Assembly (NCBI GenBank): GCA_943370085.1
Contig: CALRPT020000014.1
Location: 20,857 to 84,856, forward strand
Source of the DNA: Variovorax paradoxus
GTDB taxonomy: Bacteria; Pseudomonadota; Alphaproteobacteria; Rhodobacterales; Rhodobacteraceae
Reading direction: 5' to 3'
DNA: 64,000 nucleotides
The translations under genes were made by a program, and so were the position numbers. Below the pieces are notes generated by a model. It saw nothing but the letters and a program-made list of their open reading frames with translations, made no database searches and was not told where the DNA came from. Shown here in pieces: positions 1-10,328 of the stretch. Position 1 is the first letter of the stretch. Every line of letters starts with the position of its first letter.

Positions 1-877
1 CGTTCAGCACCTGCCCCTCGGCCGACTCGGAGAAGGCGATATAGCTGTCCAACTCCTCATCCGACAGCGGCCCATAGGCCAGCGTCAGATAGGGATAAAG
101 CCACTCCGTCGTCTGCTGACGGACATCCCCCTCCTGCCCCCAGACATCGGTCAGCATCTGCTCTTCGGTCATCTCCCCACCAAAGGCACCGCCTTCCTGC
201 ATCCCCTGATAGAAGGCCAAGGAGGCGTTCAGCGCCCCCATCACATTGGATTCGATCAGGTCATTCGTCGCCACGAACCGCTCCAACTGCTCAACCCGCG
301 CCGCGCCGCCCGATCCCAGATCCTCCCAGGCGATCCGCGCCGCTTCCTCTGCCGCGTCATCCAGCAGGGTCCGCCGCGCCTCGATTTCCAGCTTCAGCAC
401 CGTCTGCCCCAGATCAGAGCCAAAGAACGCCTGCATCGCCGCAATATCGCCGGGCGTCTTCGCCAGTTCCCGCGTCAGCGCGGCGACCAGCGCCTCCTCC
501 ATCCGGGGGCCGTCATAGATCAGGCCCAGCGTCGCCTGCCAGCCTTGCCCGCCCGCGCCGGGAAACATGTCCGCTTCCAGCTGCGTTCCGTAATCGATCC
601 CCTCTTGCCGCAGGATCCCGATCAGATCGCCGAACTGCATCGTCTGCGTCAGGTCGCGCACCTCTGCCACCACGGCGGCCGGAATCGCCTCCGCCTGCCC
701 GGCCTCCTGCGCCACAGCCTGCGGCGGCAGCGCCATCACTCCCAAGGAGGCACCGCTCAGCGCCATCGCCAGCGTGACGCCACGCCCCATCCGGCCAAGA
801 GACCGGGCAAAGGGCCGCGTCGCCAAAAGGTCCGCCCATCGGCCCGTGACACCAAGACTTGCCATCCAACTGCTCAT
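1..877 (-). CDS. Secreted hypothetical protein, 3' end outside the window (DUF2059-like is only a guess)
   Basis: Absent from the ORF track because it runs off the window edge. My own minus-strand translation from the ATG at 877 gives MSSWMASLGV...GRGVTLAMALSGASLGVMALPPQAVAQEA, which looks like a signal peptide. The frame stays open to base 1 and third codon positions are GC-rich. Confidence 0.55.
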   Translation of the reverse strand, partial: MSSWMASLGVTGRWADLLATRPFARSLGRMGRGVTLAMALSGASLGVMALPPQAVAQEAGQAEAIPAAVVAEVRDLTQTMQFGDLIGILRQEGIDYGTQLEADMFPGAGGQGWQATLGLIYDGPRMEEALVAALTRELAKTPGDIAAMQAFFGSDLGQTVLKLEIEARRTLLDDAAEEAARIAWEDLGSGGAARVEQLERFVATNDLIESNVMGALNASLAFYQGMQEGGAFGGEMTEEQMLTDVWGQEGDVRQQTTEWLYPYLTLAYGPLSDEELDSYIAFSESAEGQVLN

Positions 878-1160
878 GCTCGTCCTCTCTCGTCCGGCCA
901 CACCCACCCCTGCCCCCGCGCCACCATCCCTCAGGTCCCGCTGGCGCAAAAGCAGGGGAAAAGCCCTGCCCATATCCTGCCCGGAACAGCTAGAGGCTGT
1001 CACCCCAAAAGCCAACCCACCCAACCCCACAACTGCGCGAGCATCCGCCGCGCACCACTCCCCACGCGCTGCACGATCTTTCCCCCAACGGCCACAAAAC
1101 CCGCTTGCAACCCCCGCACGACCCCGCTAGACACCCCGCACTGACGACCCCCAAAAGCAC

Positions 1161-1250
<90 letters not shown>

Positions 1251-1619
1251 TAAGCCCCCTGAAATCCAATCTCTTTTCCGTCCAGGCCGGGAACTCCCAC
1301 CCGATACTTGGGCAGGCCGAACGCGCAGATCAAGCTATGGCGAAGATCAGGGCCTGCGCGGTCCGCTTCATCGGCAAGTCGTCTCGGATGCGCTTTGCGA
1401 CGGTCCTTTGGCAGGCGGTCGCACCTCGCCTTTGAAATCAGTCTGCCGAAACTGAACACGGCAGGCGTCCGCGGAACCGGGTAACGCGTGAAGGAAGGAC
1501 AAATCCTCGGTCCAGCCATCCAAGATCATCAACACGGCGAACCGCAATTCTTCCGGCCTGACAAGCCCTTCGCTTGCGCCGTGAAGACGATCGCCCCCTC
1601 CTTCAAAGCCTGCCCCGCG

Positions 1620-2615
1620 TCAGGCCGATGACGACCGGACAACAAGCTTCACAGTCGAACGGTTTTCCGGAGCAGGCACTTCGCCCGCAGACAGCCATGC
1701 CATCAGCGTAGCGGCCATATCCCGGCCAAAACGCGCGATATCGCATTGCACCGATGTCAGCGGCGGATAGCTTTGCGCCGCCTCCTCGATATCGTCAAAG
1801 CCCACCAGCCGGAAATCCCGGCCGACCACACGGCCCCGGCTGGCAAAGCCGGAACTGACCCCAAGGGCCACAAGGTCGTTGAAACAGACTGCCGCATCAC
1901 AATCGAGCGCGTCAATGAAACGGTCGGCACATTCGCGGCCGAAGGCGCGCGTCGGGCGTCCGGGGATCAGCCGCGGCTCTATCCCGTGCTCGGCCAGAAC
2001 TGCAAGATAGCCCGATTGCCGTTCGGTCGTGACGGATCGCCCCTCGATCCCGCCGACAAAGGCGATGCGACGCGCGCCGGACGCGATCAGATGCTCTGTC
2101 GCCAGCCTGCCGCCCGCCGCATAGTCGGGCGAGGCAAAGGGAAACAGATCCGTCCGCGGGCTGACCTTGCGCAGAACCTGCATCGCAGGGATGCCCGCCC
2201 GTGCCAGCTGGCCGAAACTGGCCTCTTCATCGCCGTAGACGGGCGAAATGATCAGACCCGATACCCCATGCTCGATCATCGCGGCAATGGTGCGGGCCTG
2301 AAGCGCGGGATCCTCGTCGGTATTGGCGACCACGGTCGCATAGCCCGCATCGGAAATGGCCATCTGCACGGCGGTCGCGAATTCGGTGAAAAACGGGTTC
2401 TTCAGATCATTGATAACCAGCCCCACCAGCCCGATCTGCGCGGACCGCAGGTTCGCGGCCGCGCGGTTATAGACATAGCCAATTTCCTGCATCGCTCGGC
2501 GCACGTCTTTGCGCGTGCTGTCACTGACAGACAGGCTGTTTTGCAGCACAAGGCTCACGGTCGATTTCGACACGCCCGCCGCCTTGGCCACATCGATGAT
2601 CGTCGGTCGTCCCAT
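1620..2615 (-). CDS. LacI family transcriptional regulator
   Basis: N-terminal HTH MGRPTIIDVAKAAGVSKSTVSLVLQN followed by a periplasmic-binding-protein-like sugar-binding core. It is the last gene of the long minus-strand cluster. Confidence 0.85.
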   Translation of the reverse strand: MGRPTIIDVAKAAGVSKSTVSLVLQNSLSVSDSTRKDVRRAMQEIGYVYNRAAANLRSAQIGLVGLVINDLKNPFFTEFATAVQMAISDAGYATVVANTDEDPALQARTIAAMIEHGVSGLIISPVYGDEEASFGQLARAGIPAMQVLRKVSPRTDLFPFASPDYAAGGRLATEHLIASGARRIAFVGGIEGRSVTTERQSGYLAVLAEHGIEPRLIPGRPTRAFGRECADRFIDALDCDAAVCFNDLVALGVSSGFASRGRVVGRDFRLVGFDDIEEAAQSYPPLTSVQCDIARFGRDMAATLMAWLSAGEVPAPENRSTVKLVVRSSSA

Positions 2616-2636
2616 GCAGCACCCCTTAAGCCGGTT

Positions 2637-2960
2637 TCAGGTTAAGAAGGGACCGTGGTCCGTTGCAAGGTCGAAGACCAAGATGCCATCGATCCCGCCC
2701 TCGGCATGGGCCACCAATCCCGCGCCAAAGGCCTTGTGGCCGGCATCCTCCTGATAGGCGGCCAGCTCCGTCCAATCCGCGAAATCGGCGACAAAGCCGT
2801 GCATGTAGCCGCGTTCGATCTGTTCTGGGCTTTCGCTTTTCCCCCAACTCACCGCAAAACCCAACCGGGCCGAGAGCACCTTCAGCGGCGCAAGAAGCTC
2901 TGCTGCCTTCGTGTCGGACACATCGGCGCGAAAGCGGACCAGAACGATATGGCGGATCAT
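2637..2960 (-). CDS. Dabb (stress-responsive alpha/beta barrel) domain protein
   Basis: 107 aa, beginning MIRHIVLVRFRADVS and containing WGKSESPE. Its start shares an ATGA overlap with the stop of the upstream GMC gene. Confidence 0.7.
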   Translation of the reverse strand: MIRHIVLVRFRADVSDTKAAELLAPLKVLSARLGFAVSWGKSESPEQIERGYMHGFVADFADWTELAAYQEDAGHKAFGAGLVAHAEGGIDGILVFDLATDHGPFLT

Positions 2961-4534
2961 GCAGCCCCCTTGATCATGTCTGCGGCCTTTTCGGCGATCA
3001 TGATGGTCGCCGCATTGGTGTTCGAGGAAACGACCTGCGGCATGACCGAGGCATCGACGACGCGCAACCCCGAAATCCCGTTGAAGCGCAGCGCCGGATC
3101 AACCACCGCGCCCGCATCGGCCCCCATCCGGCATGTCCCTGCGGGATGGTGGTCGGTCTTCGCATGGGTGCAGGCATAGGCGAAATACTCCTCCTCCGTC
3201 CGCACATCCGGGCCGGGCAACCTCTCGGCCTTGATGAAGGGTTTCAACGCATCCTGCCGCATGATCTCTTGCGCCAGTTTCAGACCCCGGATCGACATCT
3301 CGCGATCATGAGGGTCTTCCCAGTAATTCGGGTCGATCAGCGGCGCAGCCAGCGGGTCGGCGCTGGCCAGCCGCACCGTCCCGCGCGACCGGGGGCGAAG
3401 GTAGGCCGAATTCAGCGTGACACCTCCCTGCGGCATGGCGGCCACCCCAGCCTCGATCCCCGATCCGAGGCCGAGGTGGAACTGGACATCGGGCGAACGG
3501 GCCGCCGGGTCCGCCCACCAGAACCCGCCCGTCTCGAACAGGCTGGAGGCGACGGGACCGGTGCGGGTGAGCAGATATTGCAAGCCCGCCAGCGCCGACC
3601 AGTGCGGTTTGGAATAGCGGTCATAGGTATGCGGCCCGGTGCATTCCGCGATCACGAACAGGTCCAGATGGTCATGGAAATTCGCCCCCACATTGGGCTG
3701 GTCCAGCACCACGTCGATGCCCAGCCCGCGCAAATGGTCCGCAGGGCCGATCCCCGACAGTTGCAGCAGGCGCGGCGATCCGATGGCCCCGGATGACAGG
3801 ATCACCTCGCGCTCTGCCCGCACCACGCCCTGCCCCGCAAGTTCTACCCCGACCGCACGCCCCCCCTCGATCACGATCCGCAGCACCTGCGCGCCGGTCA
3901 GGACAGAAAGGTTGGACCGCTCCCGCTCCACCGGCCCCAGATAGGCCTTCGACGCCGATGACCGCCGCACGTTGCGCTGGGTCAGCTGGTAATAGCCCAC
4001 GCCCTCCGGCGTCTCGCTGGTCAGGTCACGGTTCGTCGGTATCCCCAACTGCCCGGCGGCGGCGAAATAGGCCTCGCAAATGGGCAGCGGGGCCGAGGGC
4101 TGGCTCACGCCAAGCGGGCCGCCCTTGCCATGCCAGCGGTTGTCCCATGTGTCATTGTCCTCGGCCTTGCGGAAATAGGGCAGCACATCCTCATAGCCCC
4201 ATCCCGCACAGCCCGCCTGCCGCCATTCGTCATAGTCCAGCGGATGGCCGCGCGTGTAGATCTGCGCGTTCACGGTGGACCCGCCGCCCAGCACCTTGGC
4301 CTGCGTAAAGCGGATCTGCATCCCGCGCATGTGCCGTTGCGGCACGGTCTGCCAGCCCCAGGACCCGATGCCCTTGGTCATCTTCGCAAACCCGGCAGGG
4401 ATCGCATAGAACGGGTGCCAATCGCGCGGCCCCGCCTCGAGCAGCAGGACGCGGGCATCGGGGTCCTCCGACAATCGGGCCGCAAGCACCGATCCGGCCG
4501 ATCCGCCGCCCACGATGATGTAATCCCAAGGCAT
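2957..4534 (-). CDS. GMC family FAD oxidoreductase (choline-dehydrogenase-like)
   Basis: N-terminus DYIIVGGGSAGSVLAARLSEDPDARVLLLEAG, C-terminal HPAGTCRMG motif, 525 aa. Confidence 0.85.
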   Translation of the reverse strand: MPWDYIIVGGGSAGSVLAARLSEDPDARVLLLEAGPRDWHPFYAIPAGFAKMTKGIGSWGWQTVPQRHMRGMQIRFTQAKVLGGGSTVNAQIYTRGHPLDYDEWRQAGCAGWGYEDVLPYFRKAEDNDTWDNRWHGKGGPLGVSQPSAPLPICEAYFAAAGQLGIPTNRDLTSETPEGVGYYQLTQRNVRRSSASKAYLGPVERERSNLSVLTGAQVLRIVIEGGRAVGVELAGQGVVRAEREVILSSGAIGSPRLLQLSGIGPADHLRGLGIDVVLDQPNVGANFHDHLDLFVIAECTGPHTYDRYSKPHWSALAGLQYLLTRTGPVASSLFETGGFWWADPAARSPDVQFHLGLGSGIEAGVAAMPQGGVTLNSAYLRPRSRGTVRLASADPLAAPLIDPNYWEDPHDREMSIRGLKLAQEIMRQDALKPFIKAERLPGPDVRTEEEYFAYACTHAKTDHHPAGTCRMGADAGAVVDPALRFNGISGLRVVDASVMPQVVSSNTNAATIMIAEKAADMIKGAA

Positions 4535-4545
4535 TCCAGTCTCCT

Positions 4546-6036
4546 TCAGGCCGCGCTTGCGGACAGATGCCGCCCCAGCCGCAGCGCCAGCGCCGCCACG
4601 GTCAGCGAGGGGTTCACCGCCGCCGATGTCGGCAGCACCGAGGCATCCGCGATATACAGATTGTCCAGATCATGGGCGCGCAACTGCGCATCCACGACCG
4701 ACGCCGCAGGGTCCGCCCCCATCCGTGCCGTGCCGCATTGATGGCTTGGCTTGGATTTCGGAAACCCCTTGGCCAGCACGATGGGCCACCCCGCCCGCCG
4801 CATCGCGCGCTTCAACCGCTTCACCAGCAGATCATGCGCCGCCACATTCGTCTTGCGCCAATCCAGCACGATCCGCCCACCCCGCCACATCACGCGGCTC
4901 GCCGGATCGGGCAGGTCCTCGGACATGGCCATGATGTGAATGGAATGATCCGCCAGCCAATGCGCCACAGGCAAGGGCAGCCCGCTCTCCCCCGCAAGGA
5001 TCGGCCCAGTCACCCGCCCCAGCATCTGCACATTCCCCAAGGGCTCCCCGTCAGGCCCGCCCGTCAGATACCAGTCATTGAACTGGATGGTCTTTTCATA
5101 GACCGTCCGGTTCCGCCGCAGCGGATGGACCGCGATCATCGCCGTCAGATTGTGGTTCATGAAGTTGCGCCCAACCTGATCCGACCGGTTCGCCAGCCCC
5201 GCCGGATGGTCGTCATTGGCCGATGCCAGCAACAGCGCCGCCGTCATCACCGCACCCGCACACAGGCATACCGTCCCCGCCCGCAGAGTGGCTGGCCCCG
5301 CAGGCCCCTCGACCTCCACCCCCGTCACCCGCCGCCCCTCGGCCAGCAGCCGCACCACCCGCGTCCCCGTCACCAGGGTGACATTCGGATGCCGCAACGC
5401 CTCGGCCAGACCGCAGCTTTCCGCATCCGACTTCGCCCCCGTGCTGTCGGGAAAGGCGTCCCAAGTCGTCGGTCCCCGCGCCAGCCACTTTTCCAGATCG
5501 ACGCCCAGCGGCAGCGACGAAGGATGCAACCCCTGCGCCGCAAAGGCCCTCCGCAAATCGGCAATATCGGGCTCGTCCGGCACGGGGGGAAAGGGATAGG
5601 GCGCAGATCGCGCAGGCTCCGTCGGGTCGCCCGAGGCATCGCCCCGCACGCGATACATCTGCTCCGCCGCCGAATAGAACGGCTCCAGCGCGTCATAGGA
5701 AATCGGCCAGCCCGGCGTCACCCCGCCCATATGGCGCAGGGGGCGGAAATCCTCGGCCCGATAGCGCAACAGGACCGCCCCGTAGAACTTGGTATTCCCA
5801 CCCACAAAGGCGTAATTCCCAGGATTGAACGGCTGCCCCTGCGCGTCCAGCCATGTCTCCTTGGGGCGGAAATGCCCCCGCCGAAAGATCGCCGTCGCGT
5901 CCCGCGCCTCTGGGCTGTCGGTCAACCGCTCGCCCCGTTCAACGATCACGATCCGCCGCCCCGTGGGCGCCAGCGCTGCCGCCAGCGTAGCACCCCCCAT
6001 GCCCGAACCGACGATCAGGTAGTCGCACTCTGTCAC
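4546..6036 (-). CDS. GMC-like FAD-dependent oxidoreductase, divergent second paralog
   Basis: N-terminus [19 protein letters not shown]-terminal HQCGTARMG motif, 496 aa. Its start overlaps the stop of the ABC ATPase gene by 4 nt. Confidence 0.75.
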   Translation of the reverse strand: MTECDYLIVGSGMGGATLAAALAPTGRRIVIVERGERLTDSPEARDATAIFRRGHFRPKETWLDAQGQPFNPGNYAFVGGNTKFYGAVLLRYRAEDFRPLRHMGGVTPGWPISYDALEPFYSAAEQMYRVRGDASGDPTEPARSAPYPFPPVPDEPDIADLRRAFAAQGLHPSSLPLGVDLEKWLARGPTTWDAFPDSTGAKSDAESCGLAEALRHPNVTLVTGTRVVRLLAEGRRVTGVEVEGPAGPATLRAGTVCLCAGAVMTAALLLASANDDHPAGLANRSDQVGRNFMNHNLTAMIAVHPLRRNRTVYEKTIQFNDWYLTGGPDGEPLGNVQMLGRVTGPILAGESGLPLPVAHWLADHSIHIMAMSEDLPDPASRVMWRGGRIVLDWRKTNVAAHDLLVKRLKRAMRRAGWPIVLAKGFPKSKPSHQCGTARMGADPAASVVDAQLRAHDLDNLYIADASVLPTSAAVNPSLTVAALALRLGRHLSASAA

Positions 6037-7145
6037 GGAAGAATCCTCATCTCCGTCGCCGGATCAAAGGCCACGGCCTTTTCCATATTCACCGCGAAGT
6101 CATAGGCCTGCCCCGCCGCCACCGACGCATCCGCCCGCATCCGCGCAATCGCATCCCGCCCGCCCAATGTCATGGTCACAAAAGTATCCGAACCTGCAGG
6201 TTCCGTCACTGTAACGCGGTTCGCAAGTGTCTGGATGTTGCCGGATTTGCGGTCCGCCCCTTCGGGATCGGTGATCGCTTCCGGCCTGATCCCAAGCAGG
6301 ATGTCACGCCCGTCCCATGCCGCAAGGTTGGTCTGGCTGAACCGCAGCAGGCGCGGCGCGCCTTCGGCATCCGTCACACTGGCATGAGCCACGCCGTCCC
6401 GCACCACCACCCGTGCCGGAATGATGTTCATGGCCGGGCTGCCCATGAAGGTGGCGACGAACAGGTTCGCGGGCGTGTCATAGATGTCCTTCGGCGTGCC
6501 AAGTTGCTGCACATGCCCCTTGTTCATCACGGCGATGCGGGTGGAAAGGGTCAGCGCCTCGATCTGGTCATGCGTCACGTAGACGATGGTGGTCTTCAGC
6601 TTCTGGTGCAGCTTCTTGATCTCGGTCCGCATGTCCACGCGCAGCTTCGCATCCAGGTTCGACAGCGGCTCGTCAAACAGGAACACATCCGGGTTGCGCA
6701 CCAGCGCCCGCCCCATCGCCACCCTTTGCCGCTGCCCGCCCGACAACTGGCCCGGCTTGCGGTCCAGCAGATGGTCGATCTGCAACAGCTTGGCCACATC
6801 CGCCAGCGCCCGCTCCCGCTCGGGCTTGGGCACCCCATGCATTTCCAGCCCGAAGGTCATGTTCTGCCCCACCGTCATGTTGGGATAGAGCGCGTAGGAT
6901 TGGAACACCATCGCGATGTTGCGCTTGGATGGATGCACCCCGTTCACCACGCGCCCCTTGATGGCGATCTCCCCCCCAGAAATCCCCTCCAGCCCGGCGA
7001 TCATGTTCAGCAGCGTGGATTTCCCGCAGCCCGAGGGGCCGACCAGCACGAGAAACTCGCCTTCTTCAATCGCGATGTCGACGCGATGCAGAACTTCGAC
7101 CTGCCCGTAGGATTTGGTCACGTTGCGGATATCAAGAAAGCCCAT
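6033..7145 (-). CDS. Sugar ABC transporter ATP-binding protein (MalK/UgpC type)
   Basis: Walker [10 protein letters not shown], signature [15 protein letters not shown], Walker [13 protein letters not shown], and a C-terminal regulatory domain. Confidence 0.9.
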   Translation of the reverse strand: MGFLDIRNVTKSYGQVEVLHRVDIAIEEGEFLVLVGPSGCGKSTLLNMIAGLEGISGGEIAIKGRVVNGVHPSKRNIAMVFQSYALYPNMTVGQNMTFGLEMHGVPKPERERALADVAKLLQIDHLLDRKPGQLSGGQRQRVAMGRALVRNPDVFLFDEPLSNLDAKLRVDMRTEIKKLHQKLKTTIVYVTHDQIEALTLSTRIAVMNKGHVQQLGTPKDIYDTPANLFVATFMGSPAMNIIPARVVVRDGVAHASVTDAEGAPRLLRFSQTNLAAWDGRDILLGIRPEAITDPEGADRKSGNIQTLANRVTVTEPAGSDTFVTMTLGGRDAIARMRADASVAAGQAYDFAVNMEKAVAFDPATEMRILP

Positions 7146-7149
7146 GAGA

Positions 7150-8031
7150 TCAGCCCTTTACTGAGCCCGCCATCAGCCCGCGCACGAAGTAGCGGCCTGC
7201 GACGATATAGACGATGAGGGTGGGAAGCGCGGCAAGGATCGCCCCCGCGAAATGGACGTTATATTCCTTCACGCCCGTCGAGGATTGGACAAGGTTGTTC
7301 AAGGCCACCGTCATCGGCTGGCTCGTGCCACCGAAAGAGGCCCCGAACAAGAAGTCGTTCCAGATATTGGTGAACTGCCAGATGATCGAAACCACAGCGA
7401 TGGGCCCCGACACGGGCAACAGGATGCGCCAGAAGATCTGGAAGAACCCCGCCCCGTCAATCTGCGCGGCGCGGACAAGCTCGGTCGGGAAGGCGGCATA
7501 GTAGTTGCGGAAATACAGCGTGGTGAACCCTATCCCATAGACCACATGGACCAGGATCAACCCCGGCACCGTTCCGGCCAGCCCCAGCTTGCCCAGCACC
7601 ACCGCCATCGGGATCAGCACGATCTGGAACGGGATGAAGCAGGAAAAGAGCATCAACCCGAAAACCCAGGTATCCCCGCGAAAGCGCCACTTGGTCAGCA
7701 CATAACCGTTCAGCGCCCCCACAATGGTAGAGATTGCGACCGCAGGCACCACCATCAAGATCGAATTCAGGAAATAGGGCTTCAACCCCGTCGGCTCCAC
7801 CCCGATCTGCGCGGTGGACCACGCACTACGCCACGGGTCCAGCGTCCACACCTCAGGCAGCGCCATCATGTTGCCGCCCGTGATCTCGCCCAAGGGCTTC
7901 ACCGAGTTGATGCCCATCACGTAAAGCGGCAGCAGGTAGAACAGCGCAAACAGCAGCAGCAGCAGATAGATCAGCACCCGCGTCACGCGCCCCGTGCTGA
8001 CGGCGGTATCCTGTGTGACAGCAGCCATCAC
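7150..8031 (-). CDS. Carbohydrate ABC transporter permease
   Basis: 293 aa, multi-TM, MalG-like. 4-nt overlap with the upstream permease gene. Confidence 0.85.
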   Translation of the reverse strand: MMAAVTQDTAVSTGRVTRVLIYLLLLLFALFYLLPLYVMGINSVKPLGEITGGNMMALPEVWTLDPWRSAWSTAQIGVEPTGLKPYFLNSILMVVPAVAISTIVGALNGYVLTKWRFRGDTWVFGLMLFSCFIPFQIVLIPMAVVLGKLGLAGTVPGLILVHVVYGIGFTTLYFRNYYAAFPTELVRAAQIDGAGFFQIFWRILLPVSGPIAVVSIIWQFTNIWNDFLFGASFGGTSQPMTVALNNLVQSSTGVKEYNVHFAGAILAALPTLIVYIVAGRYFVRGLMAGSVKG

Positions 8032-8921
8032 TTCTTCTCCTTCAACTCGGCATAAAGGTAGGGAACCATGATCGCCGCGATGGTCATCAGCATGATCACC
8101 GCCGACGATGCCCCGATCCCCATCTGGTTGCGGGTAAAGGTGTAGGAATACATGAAGGTCGCGGGCATCTCCGTCGCCCTGCCCGGCCCGCCGCCGGTCA
8201 GCGCCACGACAAGGTCATAGGATTTGATGGCAAGGTGGCTCAGGATCACGAAGGCCGACAGGAAGGCAGGCCGCAAGAGCGGGATCACGATCCGGCGGTA
8301 AAGCTGCCAGTTCGACGCCCCGTCAATCTGCGCGGCCTTCAGGATCTCATTGTCGATCCCGCGCAGCCCCGCAAGGAACATCGCCATCACGAAGCCGGAG
8401 GTCTGCCAGACCGCGGCGATGACGATGGTATAGATCGCCATGTCGCTGTCCTTGATCCAGGTGAAGGAGAAACTCTCCCACCCCCACAGATGCATCACCT
8501 TCTCCAGCCCGATGCCGGGGTCCAGAAACCACTTCCACGCCGTTCCCGTGACGATGAAAGACAGCGCCATCGGATAAAGGTAGATGGGCCGCAGCACCCC
8601 TTCCCCCCGGATCTTCTGGTCCAGAAAAATCGCCAGCATCAGCCCGACAGCGGTGCAGATGACGATGTAGAGCGAGGCAAAGATCGCGATATTGACGATC
8701 GCCGTGTTCCACGCGGGCAGCGCCCACAGCTTTTCGTAATTCTGCCACCCGACCCAGTCAAAGCGCGGCAACATCTTCGATCCGGTAAAGGACAGAAGCA
8801 CCGTGAAACCGATAAAGCCGTAGACAAACAGGATCGTCACGGCGAAGGACGGGGCCAGCACCAGCTTGGGCAGCCAGTCCTGCAACCTTGTACGGAAATC
8901 GGGCGCGGTAGACGCGGTCAT
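8028..8921 (-). CDS. Carbohydrate ABC transporter permease
   Basis: MalF-like. The track ORF extends to 8975 from a TTG. I prefer the ATG at 8921 (MTASTAPDF), which has GGGAGG 9 nt upstream. Confidence 0.8.
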   Translation of the reverse strand: MTASTAPDFRTRLQDWLPKLVLAPSFAVTILFVYGFIGFTVLLSFTGSKMLPRFDWVGWQNYEKLWALPAWNTAIVNIAIFASLYIVICTAVGLMLAIFLDQKIRGEGVLRPIYLYPMALSFIVTGTAWKWFLDPGIGLEKVMHLWGWESFSFTWIKDSDMAIYTIVIAAVWQTSGFVMAMFLAGLRGIDNEILKAAQIDGASNWQLYRRIVIPLLRPAFLSAFVILSHLAIKSYDLVVALTGGGPGRATEMPATFMYSYTFTRNQMGIGASSAVIMLMTIAAIMVPYLYAELKEKK

Positions 8922-8948
8922 GGCGCAGGGCCTCCCAGCCGGGGATGG

Positions 8949-8997
8949 GCAAAAGTTTAAGGAAAACTTTTGCAAATTCCTTCCTTAAGGAATTTGC
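8949..8997. repeat. Two adjacent AT-rich perfect hairpins in the SBP-permease gap
   Basis: GCAAAAGTT-TAAGGAA-AACTTTTGC at 8949-8973 and GCAAATTCCTT-CCTT-AAGGAATTTGC at 8972-8997. They share the GC at 8972-8973. Confidence 0.7.
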
Positions 8998-9022
8998 GGA
9001 GGGCGGCCACGGGCCGCCCTCC
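8998..9022 (-). terminator. GC-rich intercistronic stem-loop after the SBP gene (attenuator or mRNA-stability element)
   Basis: GGAGGGCGGCC-ACG-GGCCGCCCTCC, an 11-bp perfect stem. It starts 12 nt beyond the SBP stop codon. There is no clean U-tract. Confidence 0.45.
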
Positions 9023-9033
9023 ACGTCATCAGG

Positions 9034-10287
9034 TCACTGTGCTGCAGCCACAGCCTCGGCCAAGGCCGCCGCCGCCGCCGCGCCATCGGCATACTCACCG
9101 TTGAAGGCCGCTGTGATCACGTCATAGGTCGCGTTCTTCACCGAAGCCGGGGCCGCATGGCCATGCGCCATGGAACCATAGAGCGTGCCTGCCGTATTGG
9201 CCTCGGCCAGATCGGCCATGCCCTTCTTGCCGCAATCGTCAAACGCCTCGTTCGACACATCCGTCCGCGCCGGGACCGACCCCTTCACCACGTTGAAGGC
9301 CGACTGGAAGGCCGGGTCCATGATCGCCTTGGCCATGTTGACCTGCGCTTCCTGTGCGGCGGCGTCGGTCTGGTTGAACATCGCGAACTGGTCCGAGTTG
9401 AAGGTGACCGACCCTTGCGTTCCGGGGAAGCGGATGCAGACGAAATCGGTGCCCGGCACCTTGCCCGCCTTCAGGAATTCACCCTTGGCCCAGTCGCCCA
9501 TCATCTGCATCCCGGCCTCGCCATTGATGACCATGGCCGAGGCCAGGTTCCAATCGCGACCCGAGAAGTTGTCATCCACATAAGTGCGCAGCTTGATCAG
9601 GCGGTTGAAGGCTTCCGCCATCTGCTCGCCGCCCAGTGCTGCGGGATCGAGGTCAACGAAGGCCGCCTTGTAGAAATCGCCGCCCAGCGACAGCACGATC
9701 CCGTCAAACACGGTCGCTTCCTGCCACGGCTGGCCACCATGGCCCAGCGGGGTGATCCCGTTCTCCTTCATCTTGTCGAGCACGGCCACCAGTTCTTCCC
9801 AAGTGGTCGGCGCGGCAAGGCCGGTGGCATCGAGCGCAGCCTTGTTGATCCACACCCAGTTGGTCGAATGGACGTTCACTGGTGCCGCCACCCACTTGCC
9901 GTCCGAGGTCGAGAACTGCTGCAGGGCCGCAGGTACCACCTTGTCCCAGCCTTCTGCCGTCGCGGTGGCGGTCAGGTCGGCCAGAGCGCCTTCGCCCGCC
10001 CAGTCGAGGATGTCAAAGCCCAACATCTGCACCGCTGTCGGCGCATCGCCTGCCGTGACGCGGGCGCGCAGGGCGGTCATCGCCGCCTCGCCGCCGCCGC
10101 CGGCCACGGGCATGTCCACCCAGCCGGTGCCGCCTGCGGCAAGGTTGTCCTTCAGCACGCCAACCGCCGCAGCCTCGCCACCGCTGGTCCACCAGTGCAG
10201 CACTTCCACATCCGCAGCCTTTGCCAGCGAAGTCGTCATCGCCAGCACCGCAGCACCCGTCATCATCGTCTTCCATCCGGCACGCAT
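9034..10287 (-). CDS. ABC transporter substrate-binding protein (family 1, sugar type)
   Basis: The track ORF is over-extended to 10593. I chose the start [24 protein letters not shown] (signal peptide), with GGAGGA 6 nt upstream of the ATG at 10287. Confidence 0.85.
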   Translation of the reverse strand: MRAGWKTMMTGAAVLAMTTSLAKAADVEVLHWWTSGGEAAAVGVLKDNLAAGGTGWVDMPVAGGGGEAAMTALRARVTAGDAPTAVQMLGFDILDWAGEGALADLTATATAEGWDKVVPAALQQFSTSDGKWVAAPVNVHSTNWVWINKAALDATGLAAPTTWEELVAVLDKMKENGITPLGHGGQPWQEATVFDGIVLSLGGDFYKAAFVDLDPAALGGEQMAEAFNRLIKLRTYVDDNFSGRDWNLASAMVINGEAGMQMMGDWAKGEFLKAGKVPGTDFVCIRFPGTQGSVTFNSDQFAMFNQTDAAAQEAQVNMAKAIMDPAFQSAFNVVKGSVPARTDVSNEAFDDCGKKGMADLAEANTAGTLYGSMAHGHAAPASVKNATYDVITAAFNGEYADGAAAAAALAEAVAAAQ

Positions 10288-10328
10288 CGCATTTCCTCCC
10301 ATGTTGCGTTCGCCCTCCCGCTTTTTTG

